Assembly: GCA_014896315.1 (NCBI GenBank)
Contig: JADBKP010000010.1
Location: 142,087-206,086 of the forward strand
Direction of reading: 5' to 3'
DNA length: 64,000 nucleotides
Source of the DNA: Limnochordales bacterium
GTDB lineage: Bacteria; Bacillota; Limnochordia; Limnochordales; DUMU01
The notes beneath the pieces are model-generated. The model had not been told where the DNA came from, searched no databases, and saw only the letters and a list, made by a program, of their open reading frames with translations. Both the position numbers and the translations under genes were made by a program. Below are positions 18,475 through 26,749 of this stretch, one piece after another. Positions within the stretch are counted from its first letter, which is position 1; each line of letters opens with the position of its first letter.

Positions 18475-18615
18475 CCGCAGCCTCAGCCTTAGCCTCAGCT
18501 TCAGCGTAAGCCTCTGCCTCAGCCTCTGCTTTAGCCTACGCCTTTGCCTTAGCCTCAGCTTCACCCGCAGCCGCACCCCTCAGCAGTTTCAACCTCAGCC
18601 TTCTCCGCCTTTCCC
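18475..18615. repeat. Degenerate hexanucleotide repeat (GCCTCA/GCCTTA/GCTTCA) spanning the 3' end of the HAD gene and the region beyond it
   Basis: The + strand reads cagcctcagccttagcctcagcttcagcgtaagcctctgcctcagcctctgctttagcctacgcctttgccttagcctcagcttcac. On the coding strand another frame reads GAAAGEAEAKAKA*AKAEAEAEAYAEAEAKAEAAA. Confidence 0.8.
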
Positions 18616-19355
18616 GCCAGGCCGAGCAGCTGCTTGAGCATGTTCCAGTTGACGCTGGTGAAGTCGGGGCGGACTTCGTCGGCGCCGGCGGCTAGCAGGC
18701 GCTCCGGCGGTTCACTGGTGGCGACGGCAAGACACCGCATGCCGGCTCGCTTGGCGGCGGTTACCCCGGCCGCGGCGTCTTCCAGCACGACACACCGGTA
18801 TGGCTCTACACCCACCAGTTCGGCGGCCTTGAGGTAGATGGTGGGGTCGGGTTTGGCCCGTGTCACGTCTTTGCCGGTCACCACGGCGTCGAAAGCATCT
18901 TCCAGGTTGAATTTCCTGATAGTGAATTCAGCGTTTTCCGGTGGCCCGGAAGTAGCCAGGGCAAGGCGGACAGGCGGCATTCCGTCGGAGGTGCGTAGCG
19001 CACGCAGTTCAGCGATCAGCTCCAGGATTCCGGGGACGGGTTTGAGTTGAGGCCCGAACCTTTCCCGGTAGAATGCCTCTTTCTCCGCCGAGATGCGCTG
19101 GATCTGCTCGGGGGTAAAGCGCCCCGGGAAGAGTTCCGCCAGGGCTTCCTCGTTTTTGCGGCCGGAGATGGCCCCGTAGAACATCTCGGCGGTTATCTCA
19201 AGCCCCAGCCTTTCCCGGGCAAAGGCCTGCCAGGCCGCAAGATGGGCCTGGTTGCTGAGGATGATGACCCCATCCATGTCAAAGAGGACTGCGGCGGATG
19301 CGGCAGCTGGGGCGGCTGTGGCTGCAGCGGCAGAGGCTGTGGCTGCGGCGATCAT
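18561..19355 (-). CDS. HAD-IA family hydrolase (beta-phosphoglucomutase / phosphatase-like) with Ala-rich N- and C-terminal low-complexity tails
   Basis: 264 aa with the ATG 9 nt after GAGGTGA. Motif I is LFDMDGVI. Also ALATSGPP, KPDPTIYL and VLEDAAAGVTAAKRAGM. The N-terminus reads [22 protein letters not shown]. Confidence 0.85.
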   Translation of the reverse strand: MIAAATASAAAATAAPAAASAAVLFDMDGVIILSNQAHLAAWQAFARERLGLEITAEMFYGAISGRKNEEALAELFPGRFTPEQIQRISAEKEAFYRERFGPQLKPVPGILELIAELRALRTSDGMPPVRLALATSGPPENAEFTIRKFNLEDAFDAVVTGKDVTRAKPDPTIYLKAAELVGVEPYRCVVLEDAAAGVTAAKRAGMRCLAVATSEPPERLLAAGADEVRPDFTSVNWNMLKQLLGLAGKAEKAEVETAEGCGCG

Positions 19356-19498
19356 CCCTAGTTGTCACCTCGATCAGGAACTGCTCCTTGTATTATGCCA
19401 GACCCTGCGGCTTACGTGGGAAGGCCGGGCGAAAAAGGCAGGAGGACTTCCCGGGAGGGGCGAACCATCGGCCGGGTAGAAACAGGGAGGCGAGCAGC

Positions 19499-21406
19499 AT
19501 GGAATGGGACAGCCTGGTGGATTGGCTGCTAAGCCGCATGACGCTGGAGGAGAAGCTTGGCCAGCTTTTCATGCTCGGTTTCAGCGGTACTGAACCGGAT
19601 GCCGGCATCCGTGAATGGATCGAGCGCTGCCACCTCGGCAACGTGGTGCTCTTTGCCGGGAACCTGGTGGACCCGCCCCAGGTTCGGCGTTTGACCGACG
19701 AGTTACAGGCGCTGGCCCGTAAGGCGCAACAGGCCGGCAAAGCGCAGGCGAGCGGGACTGTGGAGGAAGGCGGGAAGGTGGCGGAGGTCGGAGCTCCTGT
19801 TGCGGGCCCGGGCGCTGGGTTCATACCGTTGTTTATCGCCGCCGATCAGGAGGGTGGGATCGTAGTCCGGCTGACGCGAGGTGCGACGGTCTTCCCCGGC
19901 AACATGGCGCTGGGGGCAACCCGTGATCCGGAGCTGGCCCGGCGGGCCGCCGCAGTGATGGGGCGCGAGATGCGGGCGATGGGGATTCAGTTTAACCTCG
20001 CACCGGTACTCGATGTGAACTGCAATCCCCGCAACCCGGTGATCGGCGTCCGTTCGTATGGCGAAGATCCGATGCTGGTCGCGGAGCTCGGAGTGGCGCA
20101 AATTGAAGGTTACCAGAAGTTTGTTGTCGCTACGGCCAAGCATTTCCCCGGGCACGGAGATACCGCGGTCGATTCACACGTAGCCCGGCCGGTGGTGGGC
20201 CACGGGCGGGAGAGGCTCGCGGCGGTGGAACTCGTTCCTTTCCGGCGAGCCATAGCTGCCGGCGTGGGGGCGATCATGACCGCGCACCTGTCTGTGCCGG
20301 CCATCGAACCCGACCCGCGGCTGCCGGCCACGTTGAGCCGCCGGATCGTCACGGGGTTGCTCCGGGAGGAGCTCGGGTATGACGGCATCATCATCACGGA
20401 TTCGCTGGGGATGCGCGGGGTGTCGGCCGAATACGACATGGTGGAAGCATCGCTGCTCGCCCTGGAGGCGGGTTGCGACATCCTGTGTGCCAGCAGTCAC
20501 ACATATTATGGAACTTTCGTCTACGACGCCGTGCTGGCCGCGGTGCGGGCCGGCCGTATCAGCGAAGAGCGGATTGAGGAGTCGGCGCGCCGGGTGCTGA
20601 GGGCCAAAGCGCGGTTTGGGTTGCTGGAAGAGGGGGGCCTGGCCCGGGGCGATGGCAGGGCCGGGGCGTGGACCAGGGCCGGGGCTTGGTCCGGGACCTC
20701 GGCTGCGGCTGCGGTGACGCTGGCAGAGGTGGGTTCACCCGAGCACCAGGCGCTGGCTCAGGAGGTGGCCCGCCGGGCGATGACGCAGGTGAAAGGGCCG
20801 GCAGCACTGCCGGCGGAGACGAAAACGGTGATCGTCATCGAGTTTTCGGCGCAGGCCCAGACCGGGGTGGAAGACTTGCGCCTGGAGCGGGGAACGGCGC
20901 AGGGCCAGATGCAGGGTCAGGCCCGGGGCCAGGCTGAGGGTGCGGCCCAAAGCCAGGCGCAAGGGGCGGCGTGTGGCCCGTTGGCCGCCGCATTGCAGGA
21001 ACTCCTCGGACAACGCAAAAGTCCGCCCCGCCCTGGGACGCAGGTCCTGAGCCTGGTCCTACCCCTGAATCCCGACCCAAACCTCCGCCAACGAATTCTG
21101 TCCACGCTCGAAGGCTTCGGCGGTGCTACCCTTGTGCCGGGCGGGGTGGCGGCAGTGGTAGCCACGCTGGACGCTGTGCGCAATGCCGGCCAGGCCGACC
21201 TGATCGGTGAACTAACCGCTTCGGGCATCCCCGTGTGGGTGGTCTCGCTGCGAAATCCGTATGAGCTCAGTTCACTGGGGGAGGCGGCGGAGAGAGTTTC
21301 GTTCCTTGTGGCGTACAGCCCTCAACCCGTCAGCCTGGCCGCGGCGGCCGAGGTTCTGACCGGGGTACTCATACCCACCGGGAGGTTGCCGATCACGCTG
21401 CCGTGA
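19499..21406 (+). CDS. Glycoside hydrolase family 3 (beta-N-acetylhexosaminidase/NagZ-like) with a C-terminal extension and several low-complexity insertions
   Basis: The ORF track starts at 19298. ATG 19499 lies 8 nt after GGGAGG and gives MEWDSLVDWLLSRMTLEEKLGQLFMLGF. Motifs are DQEGGIVVRL, KHFPGHGDT and IIITDSLGM. Insertions include AGAWTRAGAWSG and GQMQGQARGQAEGAAQSQAQG. Confidence 0.88.
   Translation: MEWDSLVDWLLSRMTLEEKLGQLFMLGFSGTEPDAGIREWIERCHLGNVVLFAGNLVDPPQVRRLTDELQALARKAQQAGKAQASGTVEEGGKVAEVGAPVAGPGAGFIPLFIAADQEGGIVVRLTRGATVFPGNMALGATRDPELARRAAAVMGREMRAMGIQFNLAPVLDVNCNPRNPVIGVRSYGEDPMLVAELGVAQIEGYQKFVVATAKHFPGHGDTAVDSHVARPVVGHGRERLAAVELVPFRRAIAAGVGAIMTAHLSVPAIEPDPRLPATLSRRIVTGLLREELGYDGIIITDSLGMRGVSAEYDMVEASLLALEAGCDILCASSHTYYGTFVYDAVLAAVRAGRISEERIEESARRVLRAKARFGLLEEGGLARGDGRAGAWTRAGAWSGTSAAAAVTLAEVGSPEHQALAQEVARRAMTQVKGPAALPAETKTVIVIEFSAQAQTGVEDLRLERGTAQGQMQGQARGQAEGAAQSQAQGAACGPLAAALQELLGQRKSPPRPGTQVLSLVLPLNPDPNLRQRILSTLEGFGGATLVPGGVAAVVATLDAVRNAGQADLIGELTASGIPVWVVSLRNPYELSSLGEAAERVSFLVAYSPQPVSLAAAAEVLTGVLIPTGRLPITLP
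20899..20965 (+). repeat. CAGGGC/CAGGCC-type degenerate hexamer repeat encoding a Q/G/A-rich insertion in the GH3 gene
   Basis: DNA reads cagggccagatgcagggtcaggcccggggccaggctgagggtgcggcccaaagccaggcgcaagggg. The protein reads AQGQMQGQARGQAEGAAQSQAQG. Confidence 0.7.
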
Positions 21407-21416
21407 GGAATAGCCA

Positions 21417-21959
21417 CTAGCCTGGATTTGAGAAAGGCCCCGCTCTGCTCGATTCAGCGGCAGGTTGGGGCCTTCCCCGGGTTTGGCTAGTGACAGCAGC
21501 CATGCCCTTTGTGACTGCTATGGCTGCTGGGGCCGCCATTCCCTCTTCCGTTCTGCTCGCCATGGCCGGCGTGTCCGGTGCGCTCGGAGTCAGAGTCTTT
21601 GGCCGTCGTTCGGCCGCCACGTATTTTTCCGGGTTTTTCTCGAACTCCCGCTTGCAGGCAACGGCACAGAAGTAGTAGGTCTGTCCCTGATACTCTGTTT
21701 TTCCTGCAGCGGAGCTTGGGTCCACGCTCATGCCGCATACCGGATCGACAGCCTTTGCCCTGGTGCTACCGGGGCTGGCGGCACGGACCGGGCTGGCGCC
21801 GTGACCCTCATGGCCGTGGCGGTGCCCGCTCAATACATGGCTCAGGCAGAACACGGCCATTGCCAGGCCGAGCAATGGTAGAAGCCAGTCGATACCAATC
21901 CCTCCCCTCCGGCTCGCTAACAACAAGCCACACCAGGCTGCGCATTGGGTATAGCGCAC
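21417..21959 (-). CDS. Membrane protein with a His-rich segment and a YHS (TRASH-type metal-binding) domain
   Basis: 180 aa. It has a TM segment (LLPLLGLAMAVFCLSHVL), the His-rich HRHGHEGHG, and DPVCGMSVD....YQGQTYYFCAVACKREFEKNPEKY, which is the YHS signature. The start codon (GTG 21959) is uncertain. Confidence 0.75.
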   Translation of the reverse strand: MRYTQCAAWCGLLLASRRGGIGIDWLLPLLGLAMAVFCLSHVLSGHRHGHEGHGASPVRAASPGSTRAKAVDPVCGMSVDPSSAAGKTEYQGQTYYFCAVACKREFEKNPEKYVAAERRPKTLTPSAPDTPAMASRTEEGMAAPAAIAVTKGMAAVTSQTRGRPQPAAESSRAGPFSNPG

Positions 21960-21979
21960 CTTACTGCAGCAACCTGATC

Positions 21980-22300
21980 CTATCGGGCCTGTATGAAAAG
22001 CTCCTGAGACAAAGCTGAGAGTTGGATAAGACTTGGCCAGTCACATCGAATCTCCTTGACATCAGCGGGGGTCAGCTTCTCATCGGGGCGGTTAATGTGG
22101 CGGTCAGCGTTGTATGGGGAGTAGACGGAACAGCCTGGACTCCATCCCGGCCCCCAATGCATGCCCATTCCCCAGCCAGAACCCCATCCCCATCCCCGGT
22201 CGGGGCCGGGTCGGGCGAGGGCGAGGTAGCTTGCCGCCACAATCACACCGGCAGCTACAAGCCCTGCACCGATCCAGAATCCGCGTCGTGCCGGTCTCAT
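21980..22300 (-). CDS. Hypothetical membrane protein with a W/G-rich segment
   Basis: 106 aa. The ATG overlaps the upstream stop (ATGA). It has a TM segment (FWIGAGLVAAGVIVAASYLAL) followed by GWGWGSGWGMGMHWGPGW. Third-position GC drops near the 3' end, so the C-terminus is doubtful. Confidence 0.5.
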   Translation of the reverse strand: MRPARRGFWIGAGLVAAGVIVAASYLALARPGPDRGWGWGSGWGMGMHWGPGWSPGCSVYSPYNADRHINRPDEKLTPADVKEIRCDWPSLIQLSALSQELFIQAR

Positions 22301-22551
22301 GTGTTCCTCCCCGCCTCCAGTTCGGCCAACAACTGCCGGTATTGCGCGACGCTAATCTCTCCCCGGGCCAGCCGGGTGTCGAGGATGGCCCGGGCCGAAC
22401 CGGCCTCCGCCTGGGTTTGATGAGATCCTGCCAATGAACGGACTGCCAAGAGTATCACGGTCCCCAGCCCGCCCCAGAAAGCCAGCATCATGAGGAGGCC
22501 TCCAATCCAGTGCCACCAGGACCATGGACCTCCGTACCAACCCCACATCAT
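22297..22551 (-). CDS. Small membrane protein with a C-terminal SHOCT domain
   Basis: The ORF track starts at 22698. ATG 22551 lies 6 nt after GAGGTG and gives MMWGWYGGPWSWWHWIGGLLMMLAFWGGLGTVILLAV... The protein ends with ARAILDTRLARGEISVAQYRQLLAELE, which is SHOCT-like. Confidence 0.7.
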   Translation of the reverse strand: MMWGWYGGPWSWWHWIGGLLMMLAFWGGLGTVILLAVRSLAGSHQTQAEAGSARAILDTRLARGEISVAQYRQLLAELEAGRNT

Positions 22552-22606
22552 GGCTAACACCTCGCTTGCACAGATCTTGTGGCTCGGCCTGCCTGCCACG
22601 GCACTT

Positions 22607-23068
22607 CTACTTGCCGGGGGGTTGCCGTCGGTACGGCTTGTCGCCGGCCGTGCCCGTCCGCGCGGCCCGGACGACGAGATGGCCGTGATAGATGCCATGG
22701 TGACAGGTAAAAAGGAATTCGCCGGGAGTAGGGTTGGGAATGGTGACCGTCACCGGTACCCCCAGCGGCAGCTGCCGGTCGATCCCAAAGGCCGGAATCA
22801 GAAGCCGGGAGGCGCACTCGGCAGGGTCGCGGCGGATAAATCGGAGTTGGGCCGGTATTCCTGCGACAAGCTCGATCCGATCCGGTGAGTACACCCCCCG
22901 CACCTCCACTTCCAGGGTCTGCACCCGATCGTGTTCGTCCAGCCGGGCCCGTACCGGGCGAGAACGCCGCCGGCAGGCCCACCAGGCCGCTCCCCAGGCG
23001 AGCAGTACTCCCACCACCAGGGCGAACAGGCCAAGGTAAAGTGGCCAGGAGAGAACTGATGGGTCCAC
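22607..23068 (-). CDS. Membrane-anchored cupredoxin-like domain protein
   Basis: 153 aa with the GTG 8 nt after AAGGAG. It has an N-terminal TM segment, then VEVRGVYSPDRIELVAGIPAQLRFIRRD...GEFLFTCHHGIYHGHLVV. This is the EfeO/cupredoxin_1-type C..H..H pattern seen next to copper-handling genes. Confidence 0.7.
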   Translation of the reverse strand: MDPSVLSWPLYLGLFALVVGVLLAWGAAWWACRRRSRPVRARLDEHDRVQTLEVEVRGVYSPDRIELVAGIPAQLRFIRRDPAECASRLLIPAFGIDRQLPLGVPVTVTIPNPTPGEFLFTCHHGIYHGHLVVRAARTGTAGDKPYRRQPPGK

Positions 23069-23142
23069 TGCCTCAACTCCTTGCCTCGCTCGTAGTATGC
23101 AAGAGAATCCTGAAATCCGGATGAGAGTGTCCTGAGGCCTGC

Positions 23143-24663
23143 CTAAGAATTACGCGCGCGAGGTTCGTCCACCGCCGGAGCACCGCGCACCGGCGCTGTT
23201 TCGGGTGAGGGTGGCGGGGGTGGCGGGGGCGGCGGTGGCGGCGGCGGCGGCGTTGCGTCAACCAGCCGGGGGAGCAGAACCTCGAAAACCGTTCCTTTCC
23301 CCACTTCTGAACGGACGTTGATGTTGCCGCCATGGCGGTCGACGATCCAGCGGGCGATGGAAAGTCCCAGGCCCGTGCCGCCGGCCGCCCGGGAACGGGC
23401 CTTGTCAGCCCGGTAGAAACGCTCGAAAATGTGGGGAAGGTCGGCGGCCGGGATTCCAATCCCGGTATCAGCCACCGTCAGTTTGGCCCATTCGCCCTCG
23501 GCTTCGAGGCTCACCCGCACTTCGCCGGCGGGCGTATAACGGAAAGCGTTGTCTAGGAAGATGACGATGAGCTGCTTCAGCCGCTCGGGATCGCCGATGA
23601 TGGTGAGCGGCTCGACACGGGTCAGGCGGAGCGCGACCGGTTCGCCCCGGCCGCGTCGCTGGTAGGGGCGGAGCGTCTCCACCAGCAGCCGGTCGAGCTC
23701 TACCGGTTCCTGGGCTATCGTCGCTCCCGCATCCGCACGGGCCAGTACCAGCAGGTCGTCGATGAGCCGGGACATGCGTTCGGCTTCCGCCCGGGTGTCG
23801 TCCAGGATTTCCCGCCTTTCCTCCGGGCTGAGACCCGGCTGTTGCCCAGAGGCAAGCAGATCGAGATTGCCCCGGATTACGGTGAGGGGAGCCCTCAACT
23901 CGTGGGACGCGTCGGCCACAAACCGCTGCTGTGCATCGTAGGCTTCCGCCAGACTGGCCAGCATTTCATTGAAAGTGGTCGCCAGTTGACTCAACTCGTC
24001 GCCGCGGTTTGGCACTTTAATACGCCGGTGAAAGCCACGCCCGGCAGCGATGGCGCGGGCCGTCTCGGTCATGACGGAGAGCGGCTGCAGGGCGCTTTCG
24101 GCTACCAGCAGCCCTACCAGGAGGGCGAGCATGATGGCCAACCACCCGATGCTGATCAACCACATGGCAAAATGCCGCAATGTATGGTGAACTGCTGCCA
24201 GTGAGGTTGCCACTTGCAAGAAGAGCTGCGAACGTGGGCTGAGAGGTCCCACCCAGACCCGCCAGTTGCGGTCCACGGTCCGCAACTTTGGAGCACCGGT
24301 GGCGGCACTGAGCCGCGCCAGTTCGACCTGGGGCGGGGGTAACGGCCGGGCGGTGGTACTCGCCACCACCTCGCCGTCGGCGGTGAAGAGCAGTGTTACC
24401 GTGTCCGGGGAGGCAAAGGCGACCAGATTCCTCCTTATCATTATTCCGTGAGGCATCAGTGTACCGGCTACGTGCTGGGCCTGGCGGACCAGGTGGTCGT
24501 CCACAGATCGGAAGAGCTGAGCCGCCAGCAGGACGTAAAGCAGCAGGCCGAAGAGTGCCAGAGCAGCTGCGAGAACCGATGCATACCACAGGGACAGTCG
24601 CCACCTGATCGACAACCGCCACTGCAAGTTCGGCCGGTGAAGATGCGACCACAACAAGCTCAT
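23143..24663 (-). CDS. Sensor histidine kinase (2 TM, HAMP, HisKA, HATPase_c) with a poly-proline C-terminal tail
   Basis: 506 aa. H-box [14 protein letters not shown]; N and G boxes ([27 protein letters not shown]). The start overlaps the response-regulator stop (ATGA). The tail reads [18 protein letters not shown]. Confidence 0.92.
   Translation of the reverse strand: MSLLWSHLHRPNLQWRLSIRWRLSLWYASVLAAALALFGLLLYVLLAAQLFRSVDDHLVRQAQHVAGTLMPHGIMIRRNLVAFASPDTVTLLFTADGEVVASTTARPLPPPQVELARLSAATGAPKLRTVDRNWRVWVGPLSPRSQLFLQVATSLAAVHHTLRHFAMWLISIGWLAIMLALLVGLLVAESALQPLSVMTETARAIAAGRGFHRRIKVPNRGDELSQLATTFNEMLASLAEAYDAQQRFVADASHELRAPLTVIRGNLDLLASGQQPGLSPEERREILDDTRAEAERMSRLIDDLLVLARADAGATIAQEPVELDRLLVETLRPYQRRGRGEPVALRLTRVEPLTIIGDPERLKQLIVIFLDNAFRYTPAGEVRVSLEAEGEWAKLTVADTGIGIPAADLPHIFERFYRADKARSRAAGGTGLGLSIARWIVDRHGGNINVRSEVGKGTVFEVLLPRLVDATPPPPPPPPPPPPPPSPETAPVRGAPAVDEPRARNS
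23208..23252. repeat. GGY/GGC triplet-rich tract encoding 14 consecutive prolines at the kinase C-terminus
   Basis: The + strand reads agggtggcgggggtggcgggggcggcggtggcggcggcggcggcg. Confidence 0.8.
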
Positions 24664-25376
24664 AAGGAACTCGGTTCACGCAGGACGTAGCCTGCGCCCC
24701 GCACGGTGTAAATCAACCGCGGCTCACCACCCTGCTCTAGCTTTCGGCGGAGATACCCGATGTACACCTCGAGCACGTTGGACTCGCCGGCGAAGTCGTA
24801 CCCCCACACCCGGTCCATTATGAGGTCACGGGTGAGAACCTGGCGCGGCCGGCGCAGGAAGAGTGACAGGAGCTCGAACTCGGTGGTGGAGAGGGGAATC
24901 TCCCGGTTACCCCGCCGGGCGGTGCGCGTCCCCGTGTCGAGGGAGAGGTCGGCAAAGGTAAGGACTTCAGGAGGCCTCTCCTCTTTCTCTTTGTTGCCGT
25001 CTGTGCGGCTCCTCCGCCGGTCCCGTCGCAGCAGCGCCTCAACCCGGGCCTGCAGCTCTTCGACTGCGAAGGGTTTTATCAGGTAGTCGTCAGCTCCCGT
25101 CTTCAGTCCTGCCACCCGGTTCTCCACGGCGTCCTTGGCGGTGAGCATGAGAATCGGTACGTCGCTGGCCGCCCGCAGTCGGCGGCAGACCTCGAGCCCG
25201 TCCATTCCCGGAAGCATCCAGTCGAGGATGACCAGGTCTGGATCATCGGCCAGGGCGGCTTTGAGCCCGGCTTCGCCGTCGCCAGCCACCTGAACCTGAT
25301 GCCCGGCCAGGCCCAGGGAGCGGCGCAGCAGCGCGCCGAGGCGGGGATCGTCATCAACAACCAGGATCCGTGCCAT
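24660..25376 (-). CDS. OmpR/PhoB-family response regulator
   Basis: The ORF track starts at TTG 25403. ATG 25376 gives the canonical [10 protein letters not shown]. Also [19 protein letters not shown] and a winged-helix C-terminus ([13 protein letters not shown]). It has a charged linker, [17 protein letters not shown]. Confidence 0.92.
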   Translation of the reverse strand: MARILVVDDDPRLGALLRRSLGLAGHQVQVAGDGEAGLKAALADDPDLVILDWMLPGMDGLEVCRRLRAASDVPILMLTAKDAVENRVAGLKTGADDYLIKPFAVEELQARVEALLRRDRRRSRTDGNKEKEERPPEVLTFADLSLDTGTRTARRGNREIPLSTTEFELLSLFLRRPRQVLTRDLIMDRVWGYDFAGESNVLEVYIGYLRRKLEQGGEPRLIYTVRGAGYVLREPSSL

Positions 25377-25526
25377 ATGCCTCTTTCGTCGTTCTTCCGA
25401 CAACCTCCCGGAACCCCGTCAGTAACGAGAACTTGCCCCCGTCACAAGTATGCGCTGCAGACCGCTGGAGGGCGGAGCATTTCAATGATAGCATGACCGT
25501 GAGCCGATTCATGTCGAACGAAGGCG

Positions 25527-26033
25527 GTGTTCTTCTTGCCGACACCCATCATTCAACTCTTTGCCCCCGAGGTGGTGCAGGTGGCCCGGGCCGTACCGGA
25601 CAGTATCACCGTCGGCGACCTGGCGCGAGTGCGCCTGCACCCGGGCATTTTTGACCTTCTGATGAATCCGGTCGCCGGCAGCCAGGTGCCGCTGGGCAAA
25701 GACTTGCATCCCATGACGACAATCCCGGTAGGGATCGCCATCGATGCTGCTACCGAGGCATGCGGCCACTCCCAGACGGGGGTGGGCGTGCTGCGAGCGC
25801 TCGAGATCAGTATGGAAGCGCCGGTAAGCATGAACTTACCGCTGGAAGCCGTCGCCCGGGTCACCGAGATCGGCGCTCGCCATGCTACCGTGGCGGTGGA
25901 AGTGGTGGAACTGGCCGAACCTTCGGTCCGCCTGATACTGCGTGGTAAAGCGGTACTGGTCAAAGTGGTCGGGGGGAAGGCCGCCCCCGTACCGGTGAGA
26001 GCGGAAGCGGGGGCAGCCGGCGGTTCAAGTTGA
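25527..26033 (+). CDS. Hypothetical protein (possibly hotdog-fold-like); function unknown
   Basis: 168-aa ORF. I preferred it over the overlapping antisense ORF 25553..26074 because its third-position GC is higher and its composition is more protein-like (..VARVTEIGARHATVAVEVVELAEPSVRLILRGKAVLVKV). The start is uncertain. Confidence 0.45.
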   Translation: MFFLPTPIIQLFAPEVVQVARAVPDSITVGDLARVRLHPGIFDLLMNPVAGSQVPLGKDLHPMTTIPVGIAIDAATEACGHSQTGVGVLRALEISMEAPVSMNLPLEAVARVTEIGARHATVAVEVVELAEPSVRLILRGKAVLVKVVGGKAAPVPVRAEAGAAGGSS

Positions 26034-26070
26034 CTCTGGAAATACGGCAAGGCCGGGCCATCCCGGTAAG

Positions 26071-26412
26071 TCAACCTTGCCGCTCGACCCTGATCTCATT
26101 CTGTACCTGCAACACTCCCGGCACATCTTCCACCAGCTCTTCGGCGCGGCGGCGGTGCTCACCCTCCCGCACCGTGCCTGCCAGCTTCACCTCACCCTCG
26201 TGAACTTCCGCCTGCAGGTGATACTGCTGCAACTCCCTGTCACCGCGCAGAACAGCCCGCACCTTAGCCTCGATCTTCTCGTCGAGGCCGAGTCCCTGGT
26301 TGTGTGCCTGCTCCTGATCCAGGTCGCTGCATCCCGTCCCGGACTCGGGCGACAGCTGCGAGCGGGGGCGGTCGTGGCGGGACGAGGTCCAGTTTACGTT
26401 GTTAAGCGACAC
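26071..26412 (-). CDS. BON-domain protein (OsmY-like)
   Basis: 113 aa. KIEAKVRAVLRGDRELQQYHLQAEVHEGEVKLAGTVREGEHRRRAEELVEDVPGVLQVQNEIRV matches the BON pattern (i...l......i.v.v..G.v.L.G.v.s......a...a..v.GV..V.n.l.v). Confidence 0.75.
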   Translation of the reverse strand: MSLNNVNWTSSRHDRPRSQLSPESGTGCSDLDQEQAHNQGLGLDEKIEAKVRAVLRGDRELQQYHLQAEVHEGEVKLAGTVREGEHRRRAEELVEDVPGVLQVQNEIRVERQG

Positions 26413-26657
26413 TGGGCATCACTCCCTGTCATCGTTATCGAGTAACAGAACAGCTACGCGCCACGACTGCGACGTCGCTGTTCCTCCAGCAAACCGTCCA
26501 TTATGCAAGTGTGCGCGCGGCGAGACCATGTACAACTGCAAACGCAGCCAGTTTGTGGAACGCCCGGCGCCCTTTGCGGAATTCCTAGAAAAAGTTGAAA
26601 CCCGTCTGTCAACGAGGAAGGAATTGACGCCGCTAAGGCGAAGAAAGAGCCGCGGTG

Positions 26658-26675
26658 TTTGGCAACGTTGCCAAA
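26658..26675. promoter_or_regulatory. Perfect 18-bp CG-centred palindrome; LacI-family operator candidate upstream of the SBP-SBP-lipoprotein-LacI module
   Basis: tttggcaacgttgccaaa equals its own reverse complement. It lies 75 nt upstream of the preferred SBP start at 26750. Confidence 0.6.
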
Positions 26676-26749
26676 GCTCCCTGCTCCGGGCGGCGGCACG
26701 GTTCGCTGGGGCGAGCACCATCAATCCTGGGAGGAAGGAGAGGTTAGCC

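Noticed and set aside
25553-26074. 173-aa reverse ORF competing with forward ORF 25527..26033
   Set aside because: The reverse translation is Thr/Ser/Ala/Pro-rich with lower third-position GC. The forward frame has about 78% GC3 by hand count of the first codons and a more protein-like sequence. Even so, the forward call is only moderately confident.
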